Shown: positions 1-9,518, counted from the stretch's first letter. The stretch is DNA of 64,000 nt from an uncultured SAR86 cluster bacterium (GCA_902557965.1 CACECK010000001.1:22939-86938), one strand, 5' to 3'. Made by a program: numbers and translations. The notes: generated by a model not told the origin, from the sequence alone.

Positions 1-345
1 CTTTAAAGCATCACCTTTTGCATCCATTATTGCAAAATCTTTTAAAGTCACCTTGTTGGATGTGACCAAAAAACCTTGAGCGCCTGATTGTTGATTTTTA
101 AAATCAAGAATGGTCTCATTCATCCCTTCACCTTTAATTACTACATTATCAATATCAAGAGATAAACCGTCTTCAAAAGCATAATAACCTGATCTAATTG
201 TTAAAGTGTCGCCCTCGTTCATTATGATCATTGCTTCTTGCAGCCTTTCGTGAGCGTCTGGGCCAGGGTCTATAAAAAAGTCTTCTGAAATAGCATTTTT
301 AGAAAGCACTAATAAACTCACTATCAAAAAAAGCCTAGAAAACAA
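1..345 (-). CDS. 5' part of a secreted protein truncated by the window edge (possibly a parallel beta-helix repeat protein)
   Basis: The minus-strand frame stays open to position 1, so it is absent from the ORF track. My translation from the TTG at 345: MFSRLFLIVSLLVLSKNAISEDFFIDPGPDAHERLQEAMIIMNEGDTLTIRSGYYAFEDGLSLDIDNVVIKGEGMNETILDF... It has a signal-like N-terminus. There is no in-frame ATG after the stop at 382-384, so the start is uncertain. The family assignment is from memory only. Confidence 0.45.
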   Translation of the reverse strand, partial: MFSRLFLIVSLLVLSKNAISEDFFIDPGPDAHERLQEAMIIMNEGDTLTIRSGYYAFEDGLSLDIDNVVIKGEGMNETILDFKNQQSGAQGFLVTSNKVTLKDFAIMDAKGDALK

Positions 346-434
346 AAATTTATTTTTAATAATTGAAAAGATAGGGTTCCCCTATGTAATATCTTTATAT
401 TATTGTATTAGAAATGGTCTCCAAATCAAAAAAA

Positions 435-893
435 TTAATCAGCTGTTATTTCAACGACAATTTTTTTAGAAACTATAGGTAGATTATTAGCCGATGCATT
501 CTTTGGTTTTATTGGTGTGTGTTCATAGTTACCTAGTGCAAGTTGCAAAATATATTTTCCAGGGCTGAGGTTTAAAACAGCCTCTGTCTGACCTCCACCA
601 AAATGCAAAATATTTTTACCATAAGGTATAGGGTCTTTGCTGTTTGCAACAACATCGTATTCATTATTGATAATTAGATGATGGTGTCCGCTTACCATGC
701 ACTCCTCTATGTCCTCTACCAAGATTCCTGCTGGGCTAATTTGAATATTTTTTGATCCAAATTCAACTTTGAACTCTTTGGCATTTGACTTATGCCCATC
801 TTGCGGGCTAATAAAGAATAGCTCAACTTCGTCGCAATGATTATTTGCGTTAATTAGAGGAGCTAATAAAAACAGTAAAATTAATTTCTTCAT
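435..893 (-). CDS. secreted protein, DUF4399-like
   Basis: 152 aa with the signal-like N-terminus MKKLILLFLLAPLINA. The GHHHLIINN motif resembles the His-rich core I recall for DUF4399. Confidence 0.55.
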   Translation of the reverse strand: MKKLILLFLLAPLINANNHCDEVELFFISPQDGHKSNAKEFKVEFGSKNIQISPAGILVEDIEECMVSGHHHLIINNEYDVVANSKDPIPYGKNILHFGGGQTEAVLNLSPGKYILQLALGNYEHTPIKPKNASANNLPIVSKKIVVEITAD

Positions 894-895
894 AT

Positions 896-1729
896 TTAAT
901 TCTTAGTTGATGGTGGTCCAAAGAAGAAATAAAGTGCCTCATTAATATTTTGAGAATCTTTAATATTCTTTATCATTTCTAACCAGCCCATAAATGTAAT
1001 TTTAGTCGGATTATAAGTATTAACATTCTTCACAAGTCCAAATTTTACAGCTTCTTTTTCTGGCTCAAAAGTTCCAAACATTTTGTCCCATATTATTAAT
1101 AAATTACCATAATTTTTATCAATGTACTGATTATTGGAACCATGATGCACTCTGTGATGAGAAGGAGTATTGAAGATGAGTTCTAGTGGGCCTAATTTGC
1201 CGACAATCTGCGTATGACCTACTATCCCCCATAAAGTACTAATAACACCCGCAACAGCAATAATTGTTGGATCAAAACCCAGCAAGGGTAACGTCATAAA
1301 GAAAGGTATTTTTGATAATGGTCCAAACCATGCTTGCCTAAAAGAAACAGCAAAGTTCATTTCTTGGCTTGAATGATGACTCATATGAATAGCCCAAAGA
1401 AAATTAACTCTATGTGAAATCCTGTGATAAAAATAGAAAACTAAATCAATCATTACAAATGTTAACAACCATAACGCCCATACTGGAATTAATTCTGACA
1501 TGTTGAGCAATTTAAATTGAAAAAGATAAAAATGAAGTCCAAGCGTAGCTCCTTTTAAAGCAAACACCATCAAAATATTTCCAGTCAGAAGACCAATAGT
1601 GCATAAAGTATCTTCTTTTTTATAAAGGTTCTTGTTTGAGGCGGAAGAAAATAAAACTTCAAAGAGTATCATTGCCAAAACTATTGGCGCACCGACTGCA
1701 TAAATTTCATTTACGGTTAAATTTGTCAT
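896..1729 (-). CDS. fatty acid hydroxylase / sterol desaturase family membrane protein
   Basis: 277 aa and multi-TM. Three histidine boxes: HRISH, HMSHH, HHRVHH. Confidence 0.85.
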   Translation of the reverse strand: MTNLTVNEIYAVGAPIVLAMILFEVLFSSASNKNLYKKEDTLCTIGLLTGNILMVFALKGATLGLHFYLFQFKLLNMSELIPVWALWLLTFVMIDLVFYFYHRISHRVNFLWAIHMSHHSSQEMNFAVSFRQAWFGPLSKIPFFMTLPLLGFDPTIIAVAGVISTLWGIVGHTQIVGKLGPLELIFNTPSHHRVHHGSNNQYIDKNYGNLLIIWDKMFGTFEPEKEAVKFGLVKNVNTYNPTKITFMGWLEMIKNIKDSQNINEALYFFFGPPSTKN

Positions 1730-1778
1730 TTTACTTTTGATGAAGTGCTTTCAAAATCACATTATAATTCTTTCAAAA

Positions 1779-2138
1779 TTATTTTCTATCCTCAATATAT
1801 TTCAAAACTTCAATTGGAAGTTCAAAAGCATTTCTATGTAATTCCCATTTCTTAGAAATACTTTGAACTGATAATTTATCATACAGATGAGGAAATTTTC
1901 CTATTCTGTTGCCATCTGCTTCTTCATAAACTAGTGGTGAATCAAGTTTTTCTTCCTCTATCTGAAGAAGAATTACTTTATCATCTGACTTAAAATATAG
2001 ATCTAAAGTTAAAGCGAGCTGGGTTGATGATGAGAAATGAATAAAACCATCCTTGTTATCTAACGAAGTCTCTATTAGGCCAGATTTAACAGACTCATCC
2101 CATTCACTTATTGTGAGGACCTTATATAAATCAAACAT
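1779..2138 (-). CDS. DUF952 domain protein
   Basis: GFIHFSS and FPHLY motifs are typical of DUF952. I prefer the ATG at 2138 (MFDLYKV), which sits 1 nt after the upstream stop (TAAAATG). The track start at 2150 is also possible. Confidence 0.6.
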   Translation of the reverse strand: MFDLYKVLTISEWDESVKSGLIETSLDNKDGFIHFSSSTQLALTLDLYFKSDDKVILLQIEEEKLDSPLVYEEADGNRIGKFPHLYDKLSVQSISKKWELHRNAFELPIEVLKYIEDRK

Positions 2139-2139
2139 T

Positions 2140-2529
2140 TTAGACCTCAATAATGTTTTTTATTCCTTCTATAGATATCAACATTCCATGATGAATAGCA
2201 TCAGCAAATATTTCTGGGTCGATTTCTGTAGTCCACAAAAAACTACATGAATTGTCATCTATTGCATTTATCTGCATAGTTGCAAGATGATGCTTAATAG
2301 GAGTTCTTGTTTCAATTGCTGAATATTGAAGCTTCATATTATTATCATCATTCAATAGTATTTTTTCTTTTACCGTGCCCATTCCTTCCATTTCAAAAAC
2401 TCTGCAATCTTCTTCTAATCGAATTTCATCAACGGATGGCACCCAGTCACATCTTGATACGTCTGATAATATGGCCCAAAGCTTATCAGCAGAACAATTT
2501 AAAATCATTTCTTCTTTTAGCACTTTCAT
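2140..2529 (-). CDS. SRPBCC (Bet v1 / polyketide cyclase-like) family protein
   Basis: About 129 aa from the internal ATG (MKVLKEE...). The size and the pattern LWAILSDVSRCDWVP fit SRPBCC. The track ORF start at 2565 adds 12 unlikely residues. Confidence 0.55.
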   Translation of the reverse strand: MKVLKEEMILNCSADKLWAILSDVSRCDWVPSVDEIRLEEDCRVFEMEGMGTVKEKILLNDDNNMKLQYSAIETRTPIKHHLATMQINAIDDNSCSFLWTTEIDPEIFADAIHHGMLISIEGIKNIIEV

Positions 2530-2585
2530 AACTATATTATGTCTATAATTAAAACAAAGAATCAAATAAAATTTAAGGGGTCAAA

Positions 2586-3008
2586 ATGTTAGAAGAATAT
2601 CAATCAGTATTTCTAGGCCTATGGCTGGTTCTTGCAACTATTATTGTTCAAGCAATGGTCGCTATTAGAGTTCATAGAAGACAAAAAGGTGGTTATAACG
2701 TTGGCATTATAAAGCCAGAGCTAGGGCAATCCTCAATTGTTTTTAGAGCTCATAGAACTTTTCAAAATTCATTGGAAAACATAACACCTCTGATGGGCAT
2801 GGCCATAATAGCAACTTTATCAGGATATAGTTCAACCAAATTAACTGTAGTTGTATGGGTATATGCTATTGCAAGAATTGTTCATATGGTTCTTTACTAC
2901 AAAATAGCCACAGATAAAAATCCAAGTCCTAGAAGTATTTTTTGGGCAATTGGCTTTTTAACAAATTTATATCTTATGATTGATTTGGGTATTCACCTTA
3001 TTTTGTGA
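2586..3008 (+). CDS. MAPEG family membrane protein (glutathione-transferase-like)
   Basis: 140 aa with 3-4 TM segments. RAHRTFQNSLENITP and ARIVHMVLYY resemble conserved MAPEG segments. Confidence 0.65.
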   Translation: MLEEYQSVFLGLWLVLATIIVQAMVAIRVHRRQKGGYNVGIIKPELGQSSIVFRAHRTFQNSLENITPLMGMAIIATLSGYSSTKLTVVVWVYAIARIVHMVLYYKIATDKNPSPRSIFWAIGFLTNLYLMIDLGIHLIL

Positions 3009-3056
3009 ATAATAAGTCTAGAAAAAAATAATAATTTTTAATTACAAGGAGAAAAA

Positions 3057-3473
3057 ATGAAAAAATATATATTTGCATTTGTTTTAATGTTTGCGGTTTC
3101 TTCATACGCATTTGAGGTTACTGGAGACAGTTTTAAAGCAAAATTTAAAATTGACTCAATTACTGTTGGAAAACTAGAAAGTACAATTAACTTATCTAGC
3201 GCAGATACTGGTCAGTATGGAAAAGTCTATGTCTCATACACTTTGACATCAAATCCCAATATAACAACTTCAGGAACATGGACCGGTCATGGAAGAGGAA
3301 TAAGCCCTGATGGTGTTCTTGCAAGAGGAGATTTAATGGGTGTCTGGACGATGGAAGGAACAAAGATTCATGTGAAGTCAGTTGATAGCGTAAGTGATGG
3401 CGTGAACTTCTTGAGCGGAACTATTGATTTAGTTAAAGGCGAGATGGATGCAGAAGTATTTAAAGTAGAATAA
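3057..3473 (+). CDS. secreted hypothetical protein
   Basis: 138 aa. Signal peptide MKKYIFAFVLMFAVSSYA. GGAG lies 8 nt upstream of the ATG. No family recognised. Confidence 0.6.
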   Translation: MKKYIFAFVLMFAVSSYAFEVTGDSFKAKFKIDSITVGKLESTINLSSADTGQYGKVYVSYTLTSNPNITTSGTWTGHGRGISPDGVLARGDLMGVWTMEGTKIHVKSVDSVSDGVNFLSGTIDLVKGEMDAEVFKVE

Positions 3474-3486
3474 ATTGTTACTAACT

Positions 3487-3514
3487 AAAAAAAGCGGCTT
3501 TTGCCGCTTTTTTT
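3487..3514. terminator. bidirectional rho-independent terminator
   Basis: aaaaaaAGCGGCttttGCCGCTtttttt. A 6-bp GC stem is flanked by an A-run and a T-run, between convergent genes ending at 3473 (+) and 3513 (-). Confidence 0.7.
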
Positions 3515-3962
3515 ATAGCGATTTGATAAGTGTTTTTATGTTAGACATTATTCCAGGATTCTTTTCAAAGCTTTTTATTGAATCAACAGGCTTTGACCAA
3601 TTTTCTGCTGCGCTTGTAAAAAAATTGGAATCTACTTCAACCCAGCTCGAGTCATCTAAGGTTCCAGCTTTTACATATAAAATATGCGAAATTTCTTTCG
3701 CATAACTTAGAACACCTGAACCACATTCTGGACAGAATCCTCTCCTGACATGAGACCCAGCTGTTCCAGTGCTTTCAAAGTATTTTAAATCTCCTTCAAC
3801 AGTAATATGTTTTTTTGGTATAAATAAAATTGTTGCCTTACCTGAACCGGTTGTTCTCTGACAATCCTTACAATGACAATGATGAGCAGATATAACTTTG
3901 TCTTTATTTAATGAATAAGTGACTTTGCCACACTGACATTTTCCAGTTTGATTATTGTTCAT
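3513..3962 (-). CDS. GFA family protein (glutathione-dependent formaldehyde-activating / CENP-V-like)
   Basis: 149 aa. Cys clusters CQCG..., CHCKDCQ and FCPECGS are characteristic of the GFA fold. Confidence 0.85.
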   Translation of the reverse strand: MNNNQTGKCQCGKVTYSLNKDKVISAHHCHCKDCQRTTGSGKATILFIPKKHITVEGDLKYFESTGTAGSHVRRGFCPECGSGVLSYAKEISHILYVKAGTLDDSSWVEVDSNFFTSAAENWSKPVDSIKSFEKNPGIMSNIKTLIKSL

Positions 3963-3993
3963 AGTTTTATTCTACAGTAAACTCAGTAAGCTT

Positions 3994-4926
3994 ATGAATA
4001 AAGCAAAATTTCTCTTACTTTTTTTATTTATGCAAGTTAATCATTTAAATAGTCAGCTAGCTATTGGGAGCATTGAAGAATTTTTTATCGAGCATAATGC
4101 ATACGATAGAAGAATTCAGATTTACTATCCTTTTAGTAATCAAATTGATAAAAATACAAAATTTGTAATCATGAATGATGCTGAAGAACTCTTTTTAGAA
4201 GAAGATACTTGGCGAGGAAGGTCATGGAGAATTGATAAGACTTTTGAGGATTTAGCAAAGACTAATAAAAGTTTAAACATAGTAGTCATTGCTGTAAATA
4301 GTGCTAAAAAGCCAGGAAAAATTTTAAATAGTACTCGGCGCTACGCTGATTATTTTCCAAATGAATCTATTCTCTACTTTCAAGATGGCTTAAAAAAAGC
4401 TATCTATTCCGCTTTTATTGACCAAGAGAATCTCAATTATCCTAAGTTCTTAGCATCATCTTTGATACCAGAAATAGAGAAGAAGCTAAAAATAAAATTA
4501 AACAAAAACAACCTCGGTGTTATTGGGTCTAGCATGGGCGGATTATCGGCATTGAATACAGTGCTTGAATATCCAGAACTTTTTGGCTTTGCTGGCTGCT
4601 TGTCAACTCATTGGATAGGCATAAAGCCTTTTGAATATCTTACATTGCCATTGAGAAAAAAAATAAGCGCCGATGAAGATACTGTTAACGCAATTAAAAG
4701 GTATGTAGAGATTAATATTCATAAACTAAAAGATCACAAAATATATTTTGATCATGGAACCCGAGGATTAGACTACTTATACAGAGATCCTCAAATCAAC
4801 ATAAATAAAGTTTTTGAAGAAAATGATATTTTATTTAAAAGTGAGGTTTATAAAGGTCATGAACATGATCCAGTGGATTTCGGTAAAAGATTTAAGTCTA
4901 TTATCCTATATATGCTTGAAAGCTGA
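3994..4926 (+). CDS. secreted alpha/beta hydrolase, putative esterase family
   Basis: GSSMGG nucleophile elbow. A signal-like N-terminus (MNKAKFLLLFLFMQVNHLNS) follows the internal ATG at 3994, which I prefer over the track start at 3955. Confidence 0.7.
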   Translation: MNKAKFLLLFLFMQVNHLNSQLAIGSIEEFFIEHNAYDRRIQIYYPFSNQIDKNTKFVIMNDAEELFLEEDTWRGRSWRIDKTFEDLAKTNKSLNIVVIAVNSAKKPGKILNSTRRYADYFPNESILYFQDGLKKAIYSAFIDQENLNYPKFLASSLIPEIEKKLKIKLNKNNLGVIGSSMGGLSALNTVLEYPELFGFAGCLSTHWIGIKPFEYLTLPLRKKISADEDTVNAIKRYVEINIHKLKDHKIYFDHGTRGLDYLYRDPQININKVFEENDILFKSEVYKGHEHDPVDFGKRFKSIILYMLES

Positions 4927-4927
4927 T

Positions 4928-5320
4928 TTACTTTATCGAAAGAAGTGCACACAGTTTATGACCAGTTGGATCCCTTTGATATGCTAAGTACATCTTAAAT
5001 TTTCCATAATCTCTGATGCCAGGCGGCTCTTCAATAGAGGTTCCACCATTTTCAATTCCAGCTTTATGCCAGGCATCTCCTTGCTCAGTACTGTCGACAT
5101 TAAATCCAATTGTTCCACCATTTGCTACTGTTGCTGGATTCCCATCTATTGGTTCTGATATAGCAAAACTAGTATCTTTAAAATTATAAAAATATCTTTT
5201 TTCTCCTGTTCGGCTTGGATACATTCTTCCTGGCCTAGCCCCAAGCGCTTCAAATAACTTATCGTAAAACCTTCTAGATTCTTCAATATCATTTGTTCCT
5301 AGCATTACATGACTAAACAT
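4928..5320 (-). CDS. VOC (glyoxalase/bleomycin-resistance/dioxygenase) family protein
   Basis: 130 aa. The N-terminus MFSHVMLGTNDIEESRRFY is typical of the VOC fold. Confidence 0.8.
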   Translation of the reverse strand: MFSHVMLGTNDIEESRRFYDKLFEALGARPGRMYPSRTGEKRYFYNFKDTSFAISEPIDGNPATVANGGTIGFNVDSTEQGDAWHKAGIENGGTSIEEPPGIRDYGKFKMYLAYQRDPTGHKLCALLSIK

Positions 5321-5335
5321 ATTTGATCTCCTTGT

Positions 5336-6244
5336 TTAATAAATATAAATGAAGAGGAATGAAAATATTAGAGCAACTAGCCATAAAATTAAAGCAAATG
5401 AGAAATTTCTAATATTTATGGCTGATATTGATTTAATATTAATTTGAGTACCAATGCAAAAAAGTGCTCCAAGAATTAAAACATTGCTTAAAAGTTTTAA
5501 CATACCAGTTACTTCATTTCCTAAATTAAGTGTTGTGCCAAAAAATATTGCTAAAACAAAAAGTATGACAAAAAGTGGTGTCTGAGGTTTAGAATTTCCG
5601 TCTTTATAAAATATTCCAAGTACGACTATAAGAGGTATCAACCATAATGTTCTCAAAAGTTTGAGAGTCGCTGCTGTATCTAAGGCTCCATCTCCATATG
5701 CCATTGCCGCTCCAATGACAGAACCAGTATCATGTATTGCCATTGCAGTAAAAAAGCCAAATTGTTCAAAAGACATATCAAGATTTTTACCAATAATTGG
5801 GAATGCAATTATTGCAAATGCATTAAATAAAAAGATTATTCCTATGGATACCAGTAATTCTTTTGGCCTTACATTAATTACTTGCGAGACTGCTGCCATT
5901 GCGGTTGCTCCACAAATTGCAGTTCCAGAAGATATTAGGAGGCCCAATTTAAAATCAATTCTTAAAATTTTTGCCAATAATATTCCAACAAGAAATATGA
6001 TCAAAACATAGGCTGAAATATAAAAAAAATAATAAGAAGTTAGACTTATTACAGTTGAAGAAGAAATTGTAAGGCCAAGAATAACAATGCCTGTTTTTAG
6101 CAAGTTCCCCCCTGTTGCGTCTGGAATAAAATTCTTTGGCGGTCTTAAGGCAGTGGTAAAAAGAATACCTCCAATCAAAGCAAATATTGGAGAATTGGCT
6201 GCTACTGCAAGAAAAGCTATTGGAAGTCCAATATATAGGTGCAT
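5336..6244 (-). CDS. YeiH/UPF0324 family putative sulfate exporter
   Basis: 302 aa polytopic membrane protein. The SSGTAICGATAMAA segment is typical of UPF0324. Confidence 0.7.
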   Translation of the reverse strand: MHLYIGLPIAFLAVAANSPIFALIGGILFTTALRPPKNFIPDATGGNLLKTGIVILGLTISSSTVISLTSYYFFYISAYVLIIFLVGILLAKILRIDFKLGLLISSGTAICGATAMAAVSQVINVRPKELLVSIGIIFLFNAFAIIAFPIIGKNLDMSFEQFGFFTAMAIHDTGSVIGAAMAYGDGALDTAATLKLLRTLWLIPLIVVLGIFYKDGNSKPQTPLFVILFVLAIFFGTTLNLGNEVTGMLKLLSNVLILGALFCIGTQINIKSISAINIRNFSFALILWLVALIFSFLFIYIY

Positions 6245-7083
6245 TATAAGTGTTGAATTATTAATGTAGGTACGTTGTGGGTATGAGATTTTACTGTTGC
6301 TACAAGAGTATTTTCTTTCAAGCCAGCCTTAATATCTGAAACCTCAACCCCTTCAGATACTAGCCTTTTATGAGTATCCTCAATAGTCTCAACTTCCCAT
6401 GCTAAGCCCCATAAGGTATCTTTTGGTTTTTCATTATTTGATCTTTCTACTACTTCAATGGTTGTCTTATTTAATCTGAAAAATAACATCCTGCTATTCC
6501 AGTGCTCGATAGTTTTATCAAGCGCTAGTCTAATTTTAAAAACATCTCTATATATTTCTATGAAACTATCTGCATTATTGGTATTGATAACAACATGATC
6601 GAGTTTATTAATTGAATCTTTTGCATATTCTTTGTGTGAGGGCAGTTCGCCATCATGATGTTGAATAATAAATGAGAATAAACCACGAGTTAATTCTGGT
6701 GGCAAAAATAAGTTATGCCACTTTCTTACTTTGTTGGTCTCATTATCAGACCCTTCGCCTTCAGCTGGATCTGAGATCTGATATCCTTCTTGTTTAAGCT
6801 GCTGAACTGTTTGAAGCATGTCATCAACTCCAAAAACTATACCGGCTAATCCTTCTCCATTTTCTTGTATTAAATTTTTTATAAGCTCAGCACCAAGTCC
6901 TTCTCCATCTGAAGTTAAGAGTTCTAAATACGTATTCTTGAAATTAAATATTGAATTAGCAGTTCCAAGGCTTTTGTGCCTTCCTCTCCATACAGGATTA
7001 GTGCCAAGTATTTTTTTGTAATTTTTTTCAGCTTGATCTAAATCTTTAACGGCAATGATTAAATGATCTAAAGTTGAAATCAT
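6244..7083 (-). CDS. two-domain VOC/glyoxalase-like protein
   Basis: 279 aa. Begins LDHLIIAVKDLDQAEKNY. A second half (LDHVVINTNN...) repeats the fold. Confidence 0.7.
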   Translation of the reverse strand: MISTLDHLIIAVKDLDQAEKNYKKILGTNPVWRGRHKSLGTANSIFNFKNTYLELLTSDGEGLGAELIKNLIQENGEGLAGIVFGVDDMLQTVQQLKQEGYQISDPAEGEGSDNETNKVRKWHNLFLPPELTRGLFSFIIQHHDGELPSHKEYAKDSINKLDHVVINTNNADSFIEIYRDVFKIRLALDKTIEHWNSRMLFFRLNKTTIEVVERSNNEKPKDTLWGLAWEVETIEDTHKRLVSEGVEVSDIKAGLKENTLVATVKSHTHNVPTLIIQHL

Positions 7084-7964
7084 TATGATTTTTTACCAAA
7101 TTTAAATAAGCCTCGAACAAATGGAAGAATCCATATTATTTTTAAAAAGTTTCTTGGGAAGAGTCTGCTCATCAAATCATAAAAGTGGGCATCAATTCCG
7201 ATAAGTATTCTTTTATTTTTCTTTTTAATATTTTTTAGAATTACTTTTGCAGCATGTTCTGGGCTCGTGGGAGCATTATGTTTAAAGTTTATACCAGCCT
7301 CTTCTTTTGTTGCTGCATTAGCACCAAAAATAGCAGCACCTGCGTCGTCAGCTTCAAAGCTTTTAAATTTTGCAGACGAGTATATGTTTGTTCCAATGTG
7401 GCCAGGGAAAACACAATACACCTCTACTGGTGAATCTGAAACTTCCATCTCAAGTGCCAAAGATTCTGTAAATGCCTTAACTCCAAACTTGCCAACATTA
7501 TAAATGGATTGTTTAGGCACACTAAAGAGACCAAAAATTGAAGAAGTGTTAATAATTGCAGCCTCGGGTCTTTTTTCTAATAATGGTAAAAATACTGTGG
7601 TCATTTGGATAACTGAGTTCAAAAGAATGTCCAGCCCAAAATTCCAATCACCCTCATCAACTTCTTTTACTGATCCAACAATTGAAAGCCCTGCATTATT
7701 AAAAACCATGTCTATTTGGTTATGATGTGACATTACTTGGTTTGGCAAGTTGCTAACTTTTTCCCTGTTACTGATGTCAAAAGCATGAGTTGAAACAGCG
7801 ACATTTTTCTTTTCCAGCAATAACTTTGTTTCTGCTAATGAATCTGCATTCCAATCTACAAGAGCCAAGCTGCAGCCACTATCAGCTAACTCAACAGCCA
7901 AAGCTCTGCCAATCCCGGAACCTGCTCCGGTGATTAAGGCTACTTTTTCTTTAAAATCCTTCAA
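7083..7964 (-). CDS. SDR family oxidoreductase
   Basis: TGAGSGIGRA cofactor motif, NNAG, and the YNVGK catalytic YxxxK. Confidence 0.9.
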   Translation of the reverse strand: MKDFKEKVALITGAGSGIGRALAVELADSGCSLALVDWNADSLAETKLLLEKKNVAVSTHAFDISNREKVSNLPNQVMSHHNQIDMVFNNAGLSIVGSVKEVDEGDWNFGLDILLNSVIQMTTVFLPLLEKRPEAAIINTSSIFGLFSVPKQSIYNVGKFGVKAFTESLALEMEVSDSPVEVYCVFPGHIGTNIYSSAKFKSFEADDAGAAIFGANAATKEEAGINFKHNAPTSPEHAAKVILKNIKKKNKRILIGIDAHFYDLMSRLFPRNFLKIIWILPFVRGLFKFGKKS

Positions 7965-7974
7965 TTAAAAAATC

Positions 7975-8496
7975 TCAATCTTTTAGTTTCATTTGTCCAA
8001 CAAAATCTAATTTACCAATTTTAAGACCTTTCATTCTGAGCATGTCGTAAAAAGTGGTTAAATGGAAATAAAAATTTGGTAATGAAAAAGATAATATAAA
8101 ATCTGTTGCAGTGAAAGGCCAAGTTATTGACCCCATCTTAAAGATTACTTCCTGTCCTGCAAGGTTATCTATCTCAGATGAGTCTATGTTCTTGAGATTT
8201 TCTTCTGCCTCTTTAAGCATATCTCTACAGTTCTCAAAGTTTAGATTATCTGGCATCTTTGGAGGTCCAAATTCTCCTGTTCTTAAAGCGTCTAATGCGC
8301 CTACTGAATGATGCACTATGCTGAATACTTGGAATGTAAATGGAGACATGTCTTTGTAAAGTTGCATTTCAACAATTTCTTGTGAGTCAATATTGTTTTC
8401 TTTACAAAATTCCTCAGCTTTTTCAATGATATTTGATGCTGCTGATACCATTTGAATGTATGTCCCCAAAGAAACATTGCTTAATGAAGCGCTCAT
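7975..8496 (-). CDS. DUF1993 domain protein
   Basis: 173 aa. The C-terminal LPNFYFHLTTFYDMLRMKGLKIGKLDF matches the DUF1993 signature as I recall it. Confidence 0.7.
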   Translation of the reverse strand: MSASLSNVSLGTYIQMVSAASNIIEKAEEFCKENNIDSQEIVEMQLYKDMSPFTFQVFSIVHHSVGALDALRTGEFGPPKMPDNLNFENCRDMLKEAEENLKNIDSSEIDNLAGQEVIFKMGSITWPFTATDFILSFSLPNFYFHLTTFYDMLRMKGLKIGKLDFVGQMKLKD

Positions 8497-8509
8497 AGTG
8501 ATCTCCTTA

Positions 8510-8833
8510 TTAATTGGTCTTGTATATATTTACAATTGTTACACCTAGAACTATAAGAAATAATCCAACGATTGTCTGCCAATTTAATGTTTGTTTATAA
8601 AAAAAATAACTCAATATTGCTATAGAAAATATTCCTATGCCAGACCAAGAGGCATAAACTATTGATAAGGGAAGTTTTTGTGAGACGATTGCTAAAAGAT
8701 AGAAAGAAAAAGCATAGGCAGTCATTAAAACTATTGTTGGAACGATTTTTGTAAAGTTTTGTGAGGCAGGAAGCAACATAGTTCCACAAACCTCTAAGAT
8801 GATTGCGAAAAACAACAAAAAATACGTATTCAT
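8510..8833 (-). CDS. SMR family multidrug efflux transporter
   Basis: 107 aa with 4 TM segments. The conserved membrane Glu sits in ILEVCGT (EmrE/SugE-like). Confidence 0.85.
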   Translation of the reverse strand: MNTYFLLFFAIILEVCGTMLLPASQNFTKIVPTIVLMTAYAFSFYLLAIVSQKLPLSIVYASWSGIGIFSIAILSYFFYKQTLNWQTIVGLFLIVLGVTIVNIYKTN

Positions 8834-9363
8834 AAGTTATATTTACTAATGACTATATAGTATACAACCGATAGAATTGTGGTAATTAACATGACTATAG
8901 GTCCAATCATCTCAAACAGTGCAAACGTGCCTGCGCCTAATATAAATATATAACCTATTTCTTTTTTGCTATTAAGGTAACCCTCATTAAGTGCAGCCTT
9001 TAAAATGAAGTAATTTACAGGTAAATAAAGCAATATACCTGTTACGGCCCCAGGACTAAAATCTAAAAAATAAAAACTAAAAAAAACATGAAAAAAAGCA
9101 TTCACTACTTGTGTAGTCATCAGGAAAAATAAAATCACATGGGCGCTTGCCTTATTTTTTGTAATGGAATGTATAAAAACCCAAACTAGCAATAAAGCTA
9201 GCAGTCTTAAAAGAACCTCTTCCGTTGAAAGAGAATTATTATCCAGAAAGTATTTCAGCCTCCACTCTCTAAAATTAAAAATTATGTGTTCTTCAAAGTG
9301 ATGAATGGCATATATCAATGGTCCCAAAATTATTAAGTTTTTGAACTCTTTCATATGGAGCAA
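8830..9363 (-). CDS. HXXEE domain membrane protein
   Basis: 177 aa, multi-TM. HHFEEH motif near the N-terminus. Overlaps the downstream SMR gene by 4 nt. Confidence 0.6.
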   Translation of the reverse strand: MLHMKEFKNLIILGPLIYAIHHFEEHIIFNFREWRLKYFLDNNSLSTEEVLLRLLALLLVWVFIHSITKNKASAHVILFFLMTTQVVNAFFHVFFSFYFLDFSPGAVTGILLYLPVNYFILKAALNEGYLNSKKEIGYIFILGAGTFALFEMIGPIVMLITTILSVVYYIVISKYNL

Positions 9364-9437
9364 TATAAGAATTTAAAAGTGGTACGGCAGCATCCACCGA
9401 AATTTTGATTCATATTAGTTTTAAAAAAATCTAATAT

Positions 9438-9485
9438 TTATTTTGCGCAGCAAGAACACTCACAGCAATCACAACAATCACACAT
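9438..9485 (-). CDS. candidate micro-ORF encoding a 15-aa peptide with 9 Cys (MCDCCDCCECSCCAK)
   Basis: Hand translation of the minus strand: ATG at 9485, TAA at 9440-9438. An in-frame GTG at 9500 would give MYTCNMCDCCDCCECSCCAK. No clear SD. It lies in the 155-bp gap between the VOC gene and the HXXEE gene. Confidence 0.3.
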   Translation of the reverse strand: MCDCCDCCECSCCAK

Positions 9486-9518
9486 ATTGCAAGTATACAC
9501 TATTCAAATTGCTGAGCC

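Noticed and set aside
8595-8789. 64-aa same-strand alternative-frame ORF inside the SMR transporter gene.
   Set aside because: It is fully nested in a well-supported gene and its sequence has no recognisable features.
9381-9436. Possible sixth, highly degraded copy of the glmS-end repeat. On the minus strand aaaactaat...cggtgga resembles copy 4 (aaaactaatcagtggcggtggag). If real, it would extend the island to 9.4 kb.
   Set aside because: Only two short blocks (9 nt and 7 nt) match, with a 14-nt insertion between them. The SVTVE-stop reading is lost. This is too weak to call without a statistical alignment.
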